In this document: piece by piece, positions 53,316 through 63,825 of the stretch
Numbering within the stretch: the first letter of the stretch is position 1
Layout: each line of letters begins with the position of its first letter
DNA from: Gammaproteobacteria bacterium
GTDB lineage: Bacteria > Pseudomonadota > Gammaproteobacteria > Natronospirales > DASSBR01
Length of the DNA: 64,000 nt
Assembly: GCA_035698525.1 (NCBI GenBank)
Contig: DASSBR010000053.1
Span: forward strand, 22,187-86,186
Reading direction: 5' to 3'
The notes under the pieces: model-generated
Told to the model about the DNA's origin: nothing
What the model saw: only the letters and a program-made list of their open reading frames with translations
Databases searched by the model: none
Translations under genes and position numbers: made by a program

Positions 53316-55397
53316 TTACCAGATCTTTACGGGGTGCTTGCGGTCCATCGTCGAGCCGACCTTGCAGGTGAAGGCTTCCGCAAATTCCGGCATGTTGCTT
53401 GACGAAGCAAACGCGCGAATCTTCGCGGGTGCGTGCGGGTCGACGTTCAGCAGCAGTTCCGCCGTCTTCACGCGGGCAGTGCCTTCCCAGACGCGCGCAG
53501 AGCTGAGGAAGAAGCGCTGGTTCTGAGTCAGGCCGTCGATCTTCTTGCGCGCTTCCGCGGGATGCTTGTCGAGGGCAGTCTGCAGTGCGGTATAGGCAAT
53601 ATTGAGACCGCCCAGGTCACCGATGTCCTCGCCCAGCGTCAGTTTGCCCTTGACGTGCAGGTCCGGCTTGCCGGGAATCGGCGTGTACTGGTTGTACTGC
53701 CTGGCGAGCGCGCCAGTGCGCTCGTCAAAACGCTTCTTGTCCTGCTTGGTCCACCAGTTGACGCGATTGCCGTGGCCATCGAACTGGCTGCCCTGGTCGT
53801 CGAAGCCGTGGCTCGACTCGTGGCCGATCACGAATCCGATGCCGCCGTAGTTCACCGCGTCATCGCCGTGGGCATAGAAGAACGGCGGTTGCAGGATGGC
53901 AGCCGGGAAGTTGATCGTATTGGTGCTCGGATCGTAGTACGCGTTGATCGTCTGCGGCGTCATGTACCACTCTTTGCGGTCGGTCTTTTTGCCGATCTTG
54001 CTGATGTCGTAGTGGTAGTTGTACTTGCTCGCCGCTTCGAGATTGTCGAACCAATGGCCGGGCTGGATGGTCAGGCCGCTCCAGTCGCGCCACTCGCCCT
54101 TGTCCGGATAGCCGATTTTCGGCAGGAACAGGCTCCATTTCCTGAGCGCCTTCTTCTTGGTCGCCGCGCTCATCCAGTCCAGGTGCTCGATGTGTTCCTT
54201 GAGCGCGTTGCGCACGTTGGTCACCAGCTTCTCGGCGCGGGCCTTCGTTTCCGGCGGGAAGTATTTGGCCACGTACAGCTGGCCCAGGCCCATGCCCATG
54301 GCACCGTTGACGGCGCGCAGCACGCGCTTCCAGCGATCTTTCTGCTGCGGCTGACCGCGCAGGGTCTTGCCGTAGAAGCTGAAATGATTGTCCTGGAAGG
54401 CCTTGCTCAGCGCCGGCGAGGCGGAGCTGACCAGGTGGAACTTGAGGTAGGCCTGCCACTGCGACACAGGCGCCTTGACCAGCAGCTTGTCAAATTCCGC
54501 GATGAACTTCGGCTGGGACAGCGAGAAGCCTTTGCCAATGTTCACGCCCTGGGCCTTGAAAAACTTCTCCCAGCTGAAGTGCGGGCTGACCTTGTCAGCC
54601 TCGGCCACCGTGACGAAATGGTACTGGTTGTCGAGGTTGCGCATCTGGGTCGGCGACAGCGAGGCCTTGGCCATTTCGGTCTCGAAAGCCAGTACCGACT
54701 GTGCCTGCTTCTTCGCCTGGCTGGCCGAGGCGCCGATCAGTTCAAGCGACTTGGCGACGTACTTGACGTAGGCATCGCGGATGGGCTTGTACTTCTTTTC
54801 CAGGTAGTAGGCGCGCGTGGGCAGGCCCAGTCCCGACTCATATACATAGCCGATTTGCCTGGTGGCATCGTTGAAGTCGGCGCCCGAGCCGAAGCTGAAC
54901 ACGTAGCCGTCGCCCTCGTTATAGCTGGTGTCGATAAAGTTGACGATATCAGCCGTGTTTTTGAGGTTGTCGATCTGCGCCAGCTTGGACTTGATCGGCG
55001 TGTAGCCCAGCTTGTTGATAGCAGCAGTATCCAGGCCAGCGGCGTACAGGTTGCCGAGCTTCCGTTCGAGCGGGCTGCCCTTGTGATCCTGGGCGTCGCG
55101 CGCGGCGTTGACCAGAATCAGCTTCTGCTGCTGCAGACTCTTTTTGTGCAGAATGCCGAACGCGCCCCAGCGGGTTTCGTCGGCTGGAATCGGGTTCGCC
55201 TTGTTCCACTTCGCGTTGACGTAGCTGGCGAAGTCCTCGCAAGGATCGTACTGATCGTCGAGAGTGAACGCGATCGGCTGGTCGGGAATGACGTTGGCGC
55301 CGGATGCTGACGCCATATGGTCCGCCGCGGAGGCGCCGGAGGCGGCAAGCGCCAGGCCGACACCAATGACGAGCGGCGTGATCAGGTGTTTCTTCAT
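53316..55397 (-). CDS. pepO: M13-family zinc metallopeptidase (PepO/endothelin-converting-enzyme-like)
   Basis: Signal peptide. NAYY, the zinc site VIGHESSHGFD, and GEDIGDLGG. 693 aa. Confidence 0.9.
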   Translation of the reverse strand: MKKHLITPLVIGVGLALAASGASAADHMASASGANVIPDQPIAFTLDDQYDPCEDFASYVNAKWNKANPIPADETRWGAFGILHKKSLQQQKLILVNAARDAQDHKGSPLERKLGNLYAAGLDTAAINKLGYTPIKSKLAQIDNLKNTADIVNFIDTSYNEGDGYVFSFGSGADFNDATRQIGYVYESGLGLPTRAYYLEKKYKPIRDAYVKYVAKSLELIGASASQAKKQAQSVLAFETEMAKASLSPTQMRNLDNQYHFVTVAEADKVSPHFSWEKFFKAQGVNIGKGFSLSQPKFIAEFDKLLVKAPVSQWQAYLKFHLVSSASPALSKAFQDNHFSFYGKTLRGQPQQKDRWKRVLRAVNGAMGMGLGQLYVAKYFPPETKARAEKLVTNVRNALKEHIEHLDWMSAATKKKALRKWSLFLPKIGYPDKGEWRDWSGLTIQPGHWFDNLEAASKYNYHYDISKIGKKTDRKEWYMTPQTINAYYDPSTNTINFPAAILQPPFFYAHGDDAVNYGGIGFVIGHESSHGFDDQGSQFDGHGNRVNWWTKQDKKRFDERTGALARQYNQYTPIPGKPDLHVKGKLTLGEDIGDLGGLNIAYTALQTALDKHPAEARKKIDGLTQNQRFFLSSARVWEGTARVKTAELLLNVDPHAPAKIRAFASSSNMPEFAEAFTCKVGSTMDRKHPVKIW

Positions 55398-55520
55398 GAT
55401 TTGCCCTCAGAAATCGTTGCAATACCGGGTGGACCGGAGCCGGCAGTATAGGGCAATCACCGGCCCGCCGCACGCGAATCCTGTACACTGCGGCGAGGGT
55501 CGTGCTGAGGGAGGGACTAC

Positions 55521-57500
55521 ATGCTCCGCCAATCAATTCTGCTTGCGATACTGACGCTTGGGCCTGGCGTGATGCCGGCGCTATCCGCTGCCACACTGGA
55601 TCCGTCGTTGTTGCCGCAGGTCGAGGCAGCCACGTTCGAGGTCGTGGCTGCCAAGCCGGCTCATGATCCCCTGACCTACGAAAGGCCGTTGCCGCTGAAT
55701 CTGATCCCGTATCAGCAGCGCACCGACAAGTACTATTCGATCGGCACCGCCTTCGCCATCGGCCCCAACCGCTATGTCACCGCCGGGCACGTGCTGTTGA
55801 CGGGGCTGAACAGCCTGTGGGGCCCGCTTGCCCTGCGCGACGACAGCGGCCACGTTTATGCGATCGCCAACGTCGAGAAATTTTCGCTGCGCAAGGACTT
55901 CGCCGTGTTTTCGCTGGTGAAGCCGCCGGCCACGTCCGCCACCTTGCCCATCGATACGCACCCGGCTTTGAACCAGGCCATTTACGCGGTTGGCAACGCA
56001 CTGGGCACGGGCGTGGTGATCCGTGACGGGCTATATACATCGAACACGCCGGAACAGCAGGACGGCGAATGGAAATGGATGCGCTTTTCGGCGGCGGCGT
56101 CGCCAGGCAATAGTGGTGGCCCCCTGCTGAACAAGGACGGCAAGGTCATCGGCGTCGTGCTGATGAAATCGCCCAACGAGAACCTCAACTACGCGCTGCC
56201 GATCAGCCAGGTGCTGCACGCGCCCCCGCATCTGGCCGCAATCAACCGACGCCTGACTTATCAGTTCGATCTGATTGACGATACTCGTACAGGCACCTTC
56301 AAGGCGCAGTTCGCGCTGCCCAGGAGCCTGTCCGACTTCTACGCCACGTTCCTGAGACTCAGACATGCGTATGAGGGCAGCGAGCTCAAGGCGCTATTGG
56401 CGCAACAACCGGATGCGATGTTTCCGAATGGCTCCGGCTCCAACCGGGAGCTGCACAGCGCGGCTTCGCTGGACTCCCTACCCGTGCTGCTGGTGCGCAA
56501 CAGCACCGGTGTCTGGAGGCGGACAGTAAAAAAGGGTGCCAAGATACCGTTGGGAGATAACGGTTATCTGTCGGTAGGGAGCGTCGGCTCCAACACGTTG
56601 TTCCATCTGCGCAGGCCGGACGGCGTGTCTGCCGACGAACTCTACGGCAGCCGCAAGGCATTGGCGCACCTGCTGCTCAAGGCCGGGTTTTTGTACCGTA
56701 ATTTTGGTTCCAATCACATCAAGGTCACGTCGATGGGCAAGCCCACGATGATGAAGACCTTTACCGACCGTTGGCAACGGCCCTGGCAGGTAACGATCTG
56801 GCCGATTCCTTTTGGCAACTCCGAACTGATGGTGCTCGCGCTGCCGGTACCGGACGGATACGTTGGCATCGCCTATATGCCTGTTCCTGTCTCTCGCCAG
56901 TACGACTTCCTGATCAACCTGGAAGCGATGACCAACTTCTTTAACGTCGCCTACGACGGCACGCTGGCGCAATGGAAGGATTATCTTGAACAGACAACAT
57001 TGTTGCCCGCGGCTTTAAAAGGCATCCGCATTGATGCGGATTACAACCGCAACTTCCGCTACGCCTCGCAGCGGGTCGAATTTTCCTTCACTCCGGCCGT
57101 GCAGACGATCGCTCCGGACAGTGACTTGACGCTGGGGTTCGGTTTCTTTCGCAGCCACGGCAAAGTGGTGTGGGGCGTGAGCGATATCTACGTGAGCACG
57201 AGCAATTACGACGACGACTGGATCAATATTGAACGCCGTGTCAAACCGTCCTCCGACCTGGGGGATTCGTTCAAAAGCCGTTGGCGCGACCTTACCGAGC
57301 GCCGGCACCCGTTCGATCGCGTGGCGTATATCGACGATGACATCATGAAAATCATCGGCGTCGTGACGTCAACCGGAAAGGATCCGTCGATACTGTATAC
57401 CGCGTTCTATGCTCGCAATGGCAAACACCCGCAGGCGATGATGAAGTCCAGGCTGGACCTGCTGATGAAACATCTCACTGTGACGGAATCGGGAAACTGA
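55521..57500 (+). CDS. secreted trypsin-like (S1) serine protease with a large uncharacterised C-terminal region
   Basis: Signal peptide. GTAFAIGPNRYVTAGHVL (His), DFAVFSL (Asp), SPGNSGGPLL (Ser). About 400 further residues carry no recognisable motif. Confidence 0.75.
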   Translation: MLRQSILLAILTLGPGVMPALSAATLDPSLLPQVEAATFEVVAAKPAHDPLTYERPLPLNLIPYQQRTDKYYSIGTAFAIGPNRYVTAGHVLLTGLNSLWGPLALRDDSGHVYAIANVEKFSLRKDFAVFSLVKPPATSATLPIDTHPALNQAIYAVGNALGTGVVIRDGLYTSNTPEQQDGEWKWMRFSAAASPGNSGGPLLNKDGKVIGVVLMKSPNENLNYALPISQVLHAPPHLAAINRRLTYQFDLIDDTRTGTFKAQFALPRSLSDFYATFLRLRHAYEGSELKALLAQQPDAMFPNGSGSNRELHSAASLDSLPVLLVRNSTGVWRRTVKKGAKIPLGDNGYLSVGSVGSNTLFHLRRPDGVSADELYGSRKALAHLLLKAGFLYRNFGSNHIKVTSMGKPTMMKTFTDRWQRPWQVTIWPIPFGNSELMVLALPVPDGYVGIAYMPVPVSRQYDFLINLEAMTNFFNVAYDGTLAQWKDYLEQTTLLPAALKGIRIDADYNRNFRYASQRVEFSFTPAVQTIAPDSDLTLGFGFFRSHGKVVWGVSDIYVSTSNYDDDWINIERRVKPSSDLGDSFKSRWRDLTERRHPFDRVAYIDDDIMKIIGVVTSTGKDPSILYTAFYARNGKHPQAMMKSRLDLLMKHLTVTESGN

Positions 57501-57536
57501 CAGATATCGCAACGATCGCCGGAATTCAAGCCAGAC

Positions 57537-58220
57537 ATGGAATCAACATTACTGGACCGGCCGGTCTGGTCGAGCCTCAGCGCCACTCATGTCAGCCTGT
57601 CCCTGGGTGACGAACTGGCACGGCGCTACGCGCCCGCCATCAACGTGTTTGCATCGGCGCGCGATGACAGCGATGCCGCGCTGGATCGGTTGGCAAGGCT
57701 GGTTGAGCCGGGCGAGCGGATAGTCACCCTTCAGGCGCCGGAGATTCGGGTTCCGCCGGGGCTGGTCATACTCAAACAGGCCAAAGGTGTGCAGATGGTC
57801 GCCGCCGAACCGGCGGCAGCTGATGCCGATGGGCAGGACGTCGGGCTGCTCGGCGAAGCGGATGCTGACGAAATGCTGGCGCTGGCGACGCTGACCGAAC
57901 CCGGCCCATTTCTGCGGCAAACCTATCGCATGGGCCGCTTTGTCGGCATCCGAATCGATGGTCGGCTCGCGGCGATGGCCGGGGAGCGCTTCCGGTTTCC
58001 CGGCTACACCGAAGTAAGCGGCGTCTGCACACATCCGGATTTCCGCGGTCGCGGTCTTGCCCGGCGGTTGTCCCGATTTGTCGCCTCCGGCATCGCCGCA
58101 CGCGGCGATATTGCGTTTCTGCATGCGTGGAAGTCGAATGTCGCAGCGATATCGCTATACGAGTCGCTGGGTTTCAAGCTGCGCTGCGAGGTGAACTTCG
58201 CGATCCTGGCAAAAAAATAG
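57537..58220 (+). CDS. GNAT-family N-acetyltransferase
   Basis: C-terminal VCTHPDFRGRGLARRL...AISLYESLGF acetyl-CoA binding motif. Confidence 0.75.
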   Translation: MESTLLDRPVWSSLSATHVSLSLGDELARRYAPAINVFASARDDSDAALDRLARLVEPGERIVTLQAPEIRVPPGLVILKQAKGVQMVAAEPAAADADGQDVGLLGEADADEMLALATLTEPGPFLRQTYRMGRFVGIRIDGRLAAMAGERFRFPGYTEVSGVCTHPDFRGRGLARRLSRFVASGIAARGDIAFLHAWKSNVAAISLYESLGFKLRCEVNFAILAKK

Positions 58221-58277
58221 AGTGGCACGAACGCCGCCGGCGCCGCAGGAGCATCCCCAGTAGCGTCAGGCGGCAGT

Positions 58278-59294
58278 CTAAAACTGGACCTTTGCCGCGA
58301 CGCCAATTTCGTCCGTTTTCAGCTCGCCGCTGTTATCGCTTCGGTTATCGTGTTTATAAACCAGCGCGATATCGATGTGCTCGCGCATCTGCCAGGCGAC
58401 TCCAAAATTGTAATAGCGGTCGGTGAGGGACGGGTCGAGATCGTTGCTCAAATTGGCATGATCGTAGCGACCGAAGACGCTTGTTTTGCGGCCAATCGAA
58501 AAGCTCGCAAAAACGGAATAGCCGTTGGCGGAGTCGGGCCGCGCCGTTACCACGTTATTCCAATTATTCGCGCGAAAATACTCCGTGCCGATCCGGAAAT
58601 TTTCCTGCACATAGGCTGCCAGAGCATCGAATCGCGTCGCGGTATGATTGGCCGGTGCATTGGCAAGATCCATGCCAAGGTGCCCGGTATAGCTGCCGAG
58701 CGCGAAGATCAGTCCCGCGACCGGCTGCACGCTGACCCGCGCGGAGAAATCCATGCTGTCGCTGCGCGCCGGATTCTTGTAACCGCCGCCGTTGACCAAC
58801 GCCGTCTGATAACTGACGATTCCCGCAGTTGTGCCGCCGAGGTGCACACCCCAGTCGTAGGAATTGCCGAAATTCAGACGATCGACGATCACTTCGTCTA
58901 CGAATCGGTAACCGTAGATGTCTTCGACAAAAGGAATCCACGGCATCGCCGCCGATCCGGCGCGAAAAATCGCGGCCGGGTTCAGGTCGGCCTGAACGTA
59001 GGCCTTTTTGATGTAGACCTGTGTTTCGCCATCCTGCCGCTTGTAGTTGAAGTCGGTCGTAATATTGGCCGACCACGTGTCGTCAAAGATGTGCTCGGCA
59101 CCGAAGTAGAACCGTTTGACGTCAAGACCGTACCCAGCCAGGTCCGTGTCCTGCCCATCCTGCTGCTGATCCAGCCAACTGAAGTCGGTGAACATTTCAC
59201 CGTGAATCGCGGTTGAATCGGCGAGCGCAGGGAAGCTGAAGCTGACGGCCATCGTCAAAGCTGCCGTTATTGCGGCAATTCTCTTGTTAATCAT
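58278..59294 (-). CDS. outer-membrane porin
   Basis: Signal peptide ending FPALA. Amphipathic beta-strand pattern. C-terminal IGVAAKVQF. Confidence 0.7.
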   Translation of the reverse strand: MINKRIAAITAALTMAVSFSFPALADSTAIHGEMFTDFSWLDQQQDGQDTDLAGYGLDVKRFYFGAEHIFDDTWSANITTDFNYKRQDGETQVYIKKAYVQADLNPAAIFRAGSAAMPWIPFVEDIYGYRFVDEVIVDRLNFGNSYDWGVHLGGTTAGIVSYQTALVNGGGYKNPARSDSMDFSARVSVQPVAGLIFALGSYTGHLGMDLANAPANHTATRFDALAAYVQENFRIGTEYFRANNWNNVVTARPDSANGYSVFASFSIGRKTSVFGRYDHANLSNDLDPSLTDRYYNFGVAWQMREHIDIALVYKHDNRSDNSGELKTDEIGVAAKVQF

Positions 59295-59519
59295 TTATCT
59301 CCAATAATTCGTTCAGGTGGACATCGGTAACTGAAAACCGCGCCGGCACCCGGCTGGATGTTTGGCAGTGGCAAGGCCGGAACCGGGGCGCCAGCCGGCG
59401 CGCCGTCAGTATGCCGGTTAAATGGACCGAACGCTTGAATTGCCGGGATAAACGGGCAATTTTCTTCGAGTCGGCGTAAATTGCGCGGTCGCGCAGAGGT
59501 ATAATTTTATGTAAGGAGA

Positions 59520-61355
59520 ATGGCCCCACGGCCGTACATGAAAAAGCAAGCACCCGTACCCGTCAAGGAAATTGTGTATGCCGCCGCCATGGCGACAGGC
59601 GGCTTTGCGGGCGTCGTCTGCGTGGCGATGCTGGATTCAGCATCCCTGCCATCGGTCGGTGTCATCATCGGCTTCGCGCTGTTTACCGTGTTGACGCTTT
59701 TGATGGAGTTTCCGGTCGGGACGGGCTTCATCGGGCTGGATCGCGTCAGCCAGATTGCGCTCATACTGATTTTCGATCCCGTTACGGCGGCTATCGTCAG
59801 CGTTGTTACTTATACCCTCTGGCCGTTTTTGCGCTGGCGCGAGCCAGGCTACAGCTTTTTATCCGCGATAGTCCGGGCAGTGCATGCCATGGGCATGATG
59901 GCCTTCGTTGTGCTGGCCGGCGGCGGCGTTTACTACGCATTGGGCGGGACGGCGCCGCTGACGCAGCTCGACGGCCCAACCATTGGCGCGCTGATCGCCA
60001 TGGCGGCCGTCATGCAGATCATCAACGTCGGGCTCATGGGGGTCTTCGCGTGGGTGCGCGGCCAGACGTTCCGGCGCGCGTTGTCGATTTTCGGCAATCT
60101 CATGGAACTCGGCATGCTGCCGCTCGCGGTGCTGACTGCCATTGTCTACAACGTGTTGCCGTTAAGCAGTTTTCTGCTGTTGATTCTGGTGCTGTTGCTG
60201 CTTGCCACGCTGATGCGGAGCTTTGCGCTTAACCGGAATCATCTCGAAAAGCGCGTTGGCCAGATGAAGGCGGTCGGCCGCATGTCGCAGGCTGTCAACG
60301 CGTCGATCCGTCTTGAGGCCCTCGCCGAACTGACCTACAACCAGTGCCGCGAGTTGCTGAAGTTTTCGGCGTTCCACTTCGTACTGTACGACACGGTGGC
60401 CGGCGAACTGGATTTTGTATTGCATCACAGCCGCGGACAACGCATGCCGCGCCGGCGCGCACCGGCGGGCGAAGGGCTGCTCGGGTGGGTGATCGAAAAA
60501 AACGAGGCAGTGCTGATCGAGAACTGGGAAAAGGACAGCCGGCCTTTCAGACAGCGCATGGTGATTATCGGCGACACGCCGGCATCGTGGCTCGGCGTAC
60601 CCGTCACGTATCGCGATCAGGTGCTGGGCTCGATCAGCGTCCAGAGCTTTGTTGCCAACACGCTTCACAAATCCGATCTCGATCTGATGATGGCGCTGGC
60701 CGGCCAGGTCGGCGCCGCGATCGCCAACGCGCGTCTCTATGGCGAACTGGAAGAATACAAGCGTGACCTCGAGCGCAAGGTCGATGAGCGGACCGAATCG
60801 CTGCGCAAGGCCACGGAGGCCAAGGAACAACTGCTGGTCGAATTGCAGCGCAAGACGGATGCGCTTGACCGCCTCAGCAAGGAAGACAGCCTGACCGGGC
60901 TTTTCAACCGCCGGTTCATGGATGAGTGCCTCGCGTCGGAGATGCGCCGCGCCGAACGCTTCAAACACGACGTTGCGATCGCGATGGCGGACATCGATCA
61001 CTTCAAGCAGATCAACGACAGCTTCTCGCACAGCATCGGCGACGATGTGTTGCGCATTACCGGCCGTATCCTGCGCGACGCCTGCCGCTCGATCGATATC
61101 GTGTCGCGCTATGGGGGCGAGGAGTTCGTTATCTGTTTTCCTGAAACGAACCTCGCGGGCGCCATGGAGGTGTGCGAGAGAGTCCGCAGGATGATGAGCG
61201 ACTACAACTGGGAATTTGTGGCGGCGGGCCTGAAAGTGACGCTGAGCATCGGCGTGGCCGGCGGTTTTTGTTACGATCAAGAGGTATTGCAGAAGGAAGC
61301 CGACAGGAAGTTGTATGCTGCAAAAGAGGCGGGACGCGATCGGGTTTGTGCCTGA
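59520..61355 (+). CDS. membrane-bound GAF-GGDEF diguanylate cyclase
   Basis: About 7 N-terminal TM helices, a GAF-like middle, a coiled linker, then LTGLFNRR...RYGGEEFVICFP (intact GGEEF). AAGGAGA RBS. Confidence 0.85.
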   Translation: MAPRPYMKKQAPVPVKEIVYAAAMATGGFAGVVCVAMLDSASLPSVGVIIGFALFTVLTLLMEFPVGTGFIGLDRVSQIALILIFDPVTAAIVSVVTYTLWPFLRWREPGYSFLSAIVRAVHAMGMMAFVVLAGGGVYYALGGTAPLTQLDGPTIGALIAMAAVMQIINVGLMGVFAWVRGQTFRRALSIFGNLMELGMLPLAVLTAIVYNVLPLSSFLLLILVLLLLATLMRSFALNRNHLEKRVGQMKAVGRMSQAVNASIRLEALAELTYNQCRELLKFSAFHFVLYDTVAGELDFVLHHSRGQRMPRRRAPAGEGLLGWVIEKNEAVLIENWEKDSRPFRQRMVIIGDTPASWLGVPVTYRDQVLGSISVQSFVANTLHKSDLDLMMALAGQVGAAIANARLYGELEEYKRDLERKVDERTESLRKATEAKEQLLVELQRKTDALDRLSKEDSLTGLFNRRFMDECLASEMRRAERFKHDVAIAMADIDHFKQINDSFSHSIGDDVLRITGRILRDACRSIDIVSRYGGEEFVICFPETNLAGAMEVCERVRRMMSDYNWEFVAAGLKVTLSIGVAGGFCYDQEVLQKEADRKLYAAKEAGRDRVCA

Positions 61356-62609
61356 ATGAGAAGCACGCTGTGGTCACTGAGCGCGCTTTTCCTGGCCGTA
61401 CTGGCGCTAATGCTTGGCAACGGACTGCTGGGTTCGCTGATCAGCCTGCGCCTCACGCTCATCGGTTACGGCGGCGGCATCACGGGTATCGTCATGTCCG
61501 GCTACTACGCGGGCCTGGTGTTTGGCTCGTTTGTCGCGCCGAGCGTCGTCAGGCGCGTGGGCCATATTCGTGCGTTTGCCGCGTTCGCGGCGGTCAACAC
61601 CATCTTCGTCCTGCTGCACTCGCTGTACCTGTCCGCGCTGGCTTGGGGGTTGCTGCGCCTCGGTACCGGTATCGCGATGATGGGTCTCTACATGGTTGTC
61701 GAGAGCTGGTTGAATGAGCGGGCCGAAACCCGGATTCGCGGCCGCGTGTTCTCGGTTTACATGGCGACGACCTTCCTCGGCCTCGGCGGCGGCCAGTTTC
61801 TGCTCGGCGCCGGGCAGCACATGGGCAGCACGCTGTTCCTGATCGTCGCAATCCTGTTCGCGTTCAGTTTGATCCCGGTGACGCTGACCCGCGCCGTGCA
61901 TCCGCAGCCGGTCGAGAATGTCCGCGTGCGCGTCGGCAAGTTGATGAAGCGCGCGCCGTTCGGTGTCTGGGGCTGTCTCGGCGCCGGGCTCGCCAACGGC
62001 GCCTTCTACGCGTTGGGGCCGGCGTTTGCCGTGCGCGAAGGTTTGAGCGTGACGCAGGTCGCCGAGTTCATGGGCGTCACCATTCTTGCAGGTCTCGCGC
62101 TGCAGTGGCCGGTTGGCGCGATTTCGGACCGGTTCGATCGGCAGTGGGTGATTGGCGTGCTGAGCCTCGCCGTCGGCGGCGCAAGTTGCATGTTGATGAT
62201 CATCGGCGGCGGCGCGCTGGCCATACTGCTGGCGGTTGCCGGCATTTTCGGCGGCCTGACGTTCACGACCTATCCGGTATCGGTGGCGCACGCCAACGAC
62301 CATATCGACGCCAGCGATGTGGTGCCGGCGAGCGCGGCGCTGATTTTGTCCTACGGGATCGGCGCGGCCCTCGGGCCAATGGGTGCCGCAGCGGTGACCG
62401 AAGCGGTAGGGCCACGCGGCCTGTTTCTGTTCATTGCCTTGGTTTCGGCGGGGCTTGGCGCAGCCGCGTTGATCGTTCCGAGACGCAAACCGGTGGCGCC
62501 CGAGGAGCAGGCGCCGTTCGTCGCGATGCCGCGCACGTCGGCGATTATCGCCCAGCTTGATCCGCGCGCCGAAGAGGAAGCGCCGGCGGAGCCGATGCAG
62601 CCGCAATAG
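61356..62609 (+). CDS. MFS transporter
   Basis: 417 aa with about 12 TM helices. The ATG immediately follows the cyclase stop. Confidence 0.8.
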   Translation: MRSTLWSLSALFLAVLALMLGNGLLGSLISLRLTLIGYGGGITGIVMSGYYAGLVFGSFVAPSVVRRVGHIRAFAAFAAVNTIFVLLHSLYLSALAWGLLRLGTGIAMMGLYMVVESWLNERAETRIRGRVFSVYMATTFLGLGGGQFLLGAGQHMGSTLFLIVAILFAFSLIPVTLTRAVHPQPVENVRVRVGKLMKRAPFGVWGCLGAGLANGAFYALGPAFAVREGLSVTQVAEFMGVTILAGLALQWPVGAISDRFDRQWVIGVLSLAVGGASCMLMIIGGGALAILLAVAGIFGGLTFTTYPVSVAHANDHIDASDVVPASAALILSYGIGAALGPMGAAAVTEAVGPRGLFLFIALVSAGLGAAALIVPRRKPVAPEEQAPFVAMPRTSAIIAQLDPRAEEEAPAEPMQPQ

Positions 62610-62617
62610 TCGTCAGT

Positions 62618-63823
62618 TCAACCGATGGCCGCCCAGACCACCGCCGCCGCCAATGCGATGCTGAGTGCGATGCCATACGACACCGCGAGCATGAACCATT
62701 TGATGAACGTCTTGATCCAGCCCTGCGCATAGACCTTGCGCATCGCGATGATCAGGTAGAGCGTCAGATACAACCATAGCACCAGCAGAATGTTGCTCGT
62801 CACGACGAGAATGTTGAATCGTTCCGCGATGGCGTAGGCGATCAGAAAAATAAACGCGGCGAGAAATACGACGGCGTGGTAGTGGAAGCTGAATATCAGG
62901 TGTTCGACGTAGTACCGCTTGCGGCGAATGTAGAGTGCCTTCAGGAAAAACGCGAATAGCGGCAGCAGCAGGAACATCATCGTCGGCAACTTGCCGATCA
63001 TCGTCGAAAAAAGCTTGCGCGGATCGTTTTTAACCGACACGGCTTTCTGAGTCAGCGCTTGAACCCACCGCGGTTCCTTCGCCAGTTGCGCCTTGTCCTT
63101 GACCGATAACTGCACGTTCGGGCCGTTGTCCTCTCCAATGTGCAGATTGATCAACTCCGGGCGTAGCGCCGCGAGCGACAGGAGAAAGAAAAACACAACG
63201 CTGATGAACAGGTACAGGCGCAATGGCGGAATATAGCGCGCGCGCCGGCCGGCGAGATATTCGGTCGTCATGAAACCGGGACGGCCGATCAGCGGCAAAA
63301 TGCTCCGGGCAAGACGCGAGTCGAAGTTGAGATAGTCGCCGAAAAAGTCGTGCAGCAGTTCCCGAAGCGAGGTGACGCGGCTGTAGGAATCCTGCCCGCA
63401 AACGGGGCAGTAGCGCCCGCGCAACGGGGTTTCGCAGTTGCCGCAGAGGGCGATCGAGGTGCCGGGAGACGGATCGTCGTCCGCCGGTTCAAGAATGCGC
63501 CGCGTGGCGCTGAAGCGCTCGCCGAAGTGGTTGACGCTGTCGGCGCGCATATCGCTGGCGTACTCGTTGAAATACCGTTCCAGCGCCGCACGACTCTCGA
63601 CGCGGTACCGCGCGACGCGCATGATGTGGCCGTCATCCGGCGGGTCCGCGCGTTCGATGTCGGCGTCGAGGAATCCCGGCAGATGCACCATGTCCTCGAC
63701 GTGTCCGGCGAGCCACGTGTCGAACTCGCCGGCAATCGCGGCTTCGACCGTCAGCGTAACCTCGTAGGTGATGGGCTGAATGGTGGCCAGCGCTGCCAGT
63801 GCGGGTGTCACCGCGGTGGACAC
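62618..63823 (-). CDS. DUF4286-like N-terminal domain fused to a zinc-ribbon/membrane (DUF3667-like) domain
   Basis: N-terminus YEVTLTVEAAIAGEFDTWLAGHVEDM. Then CGNCETPLRGRYCPVCGQ, followed by about 5 TM helices. GTG start. Confidence 0.55.
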   Translation of the reverse strand: MSTAVTPALAALATIQPITYEVTLTVEAAIAGEFDTWLAGHVEDMVHLPGFLDADIERADPPDDGHIMRVARYRVESRAALERYFNEYASDMRADSVNHFGERFSATRRILEPADDDPSPGTSIALCGNCETPLRGRYCPVCGQDSYSRVTSLRELLHDFFGDYLNFDSRLARSILPLIGRPGFMTTEYLAGRRARYIPPLRLYLFISVVFFFLLSLAALRPELINLHIGEDNGPNVQLSVKDKAQLAKEPRWVQALTQKAVSVKNDPRKLFSTMIGKLPTMMFLLLPLFAFFLKALYIRRKRYYVEHLIFSFHYHAVVFLAAFIFLIAYAIAERFNILVVTSNILLVLWLYLTLYLIIAMRKVYAQGWIKTFIKWFMLAVSYGIALSIALAAAVVWAAIG

Positions 63824-63825
63824 CG

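Noticed and set aside
53433-55310. 625-aa ORF on the plus strand
   Set aside because: It is antisense to the M13 peptidase gene, which carries an unambiguous HExxH zinc site. The ORF is a compositional artefact.
60162-62606. Minus-strand ORFs 60162-61280 and 61407-62606
   Set aside because: They are antisense to the GGDEF cyclase and the MFS transporter, and are high-GC shadow frames.
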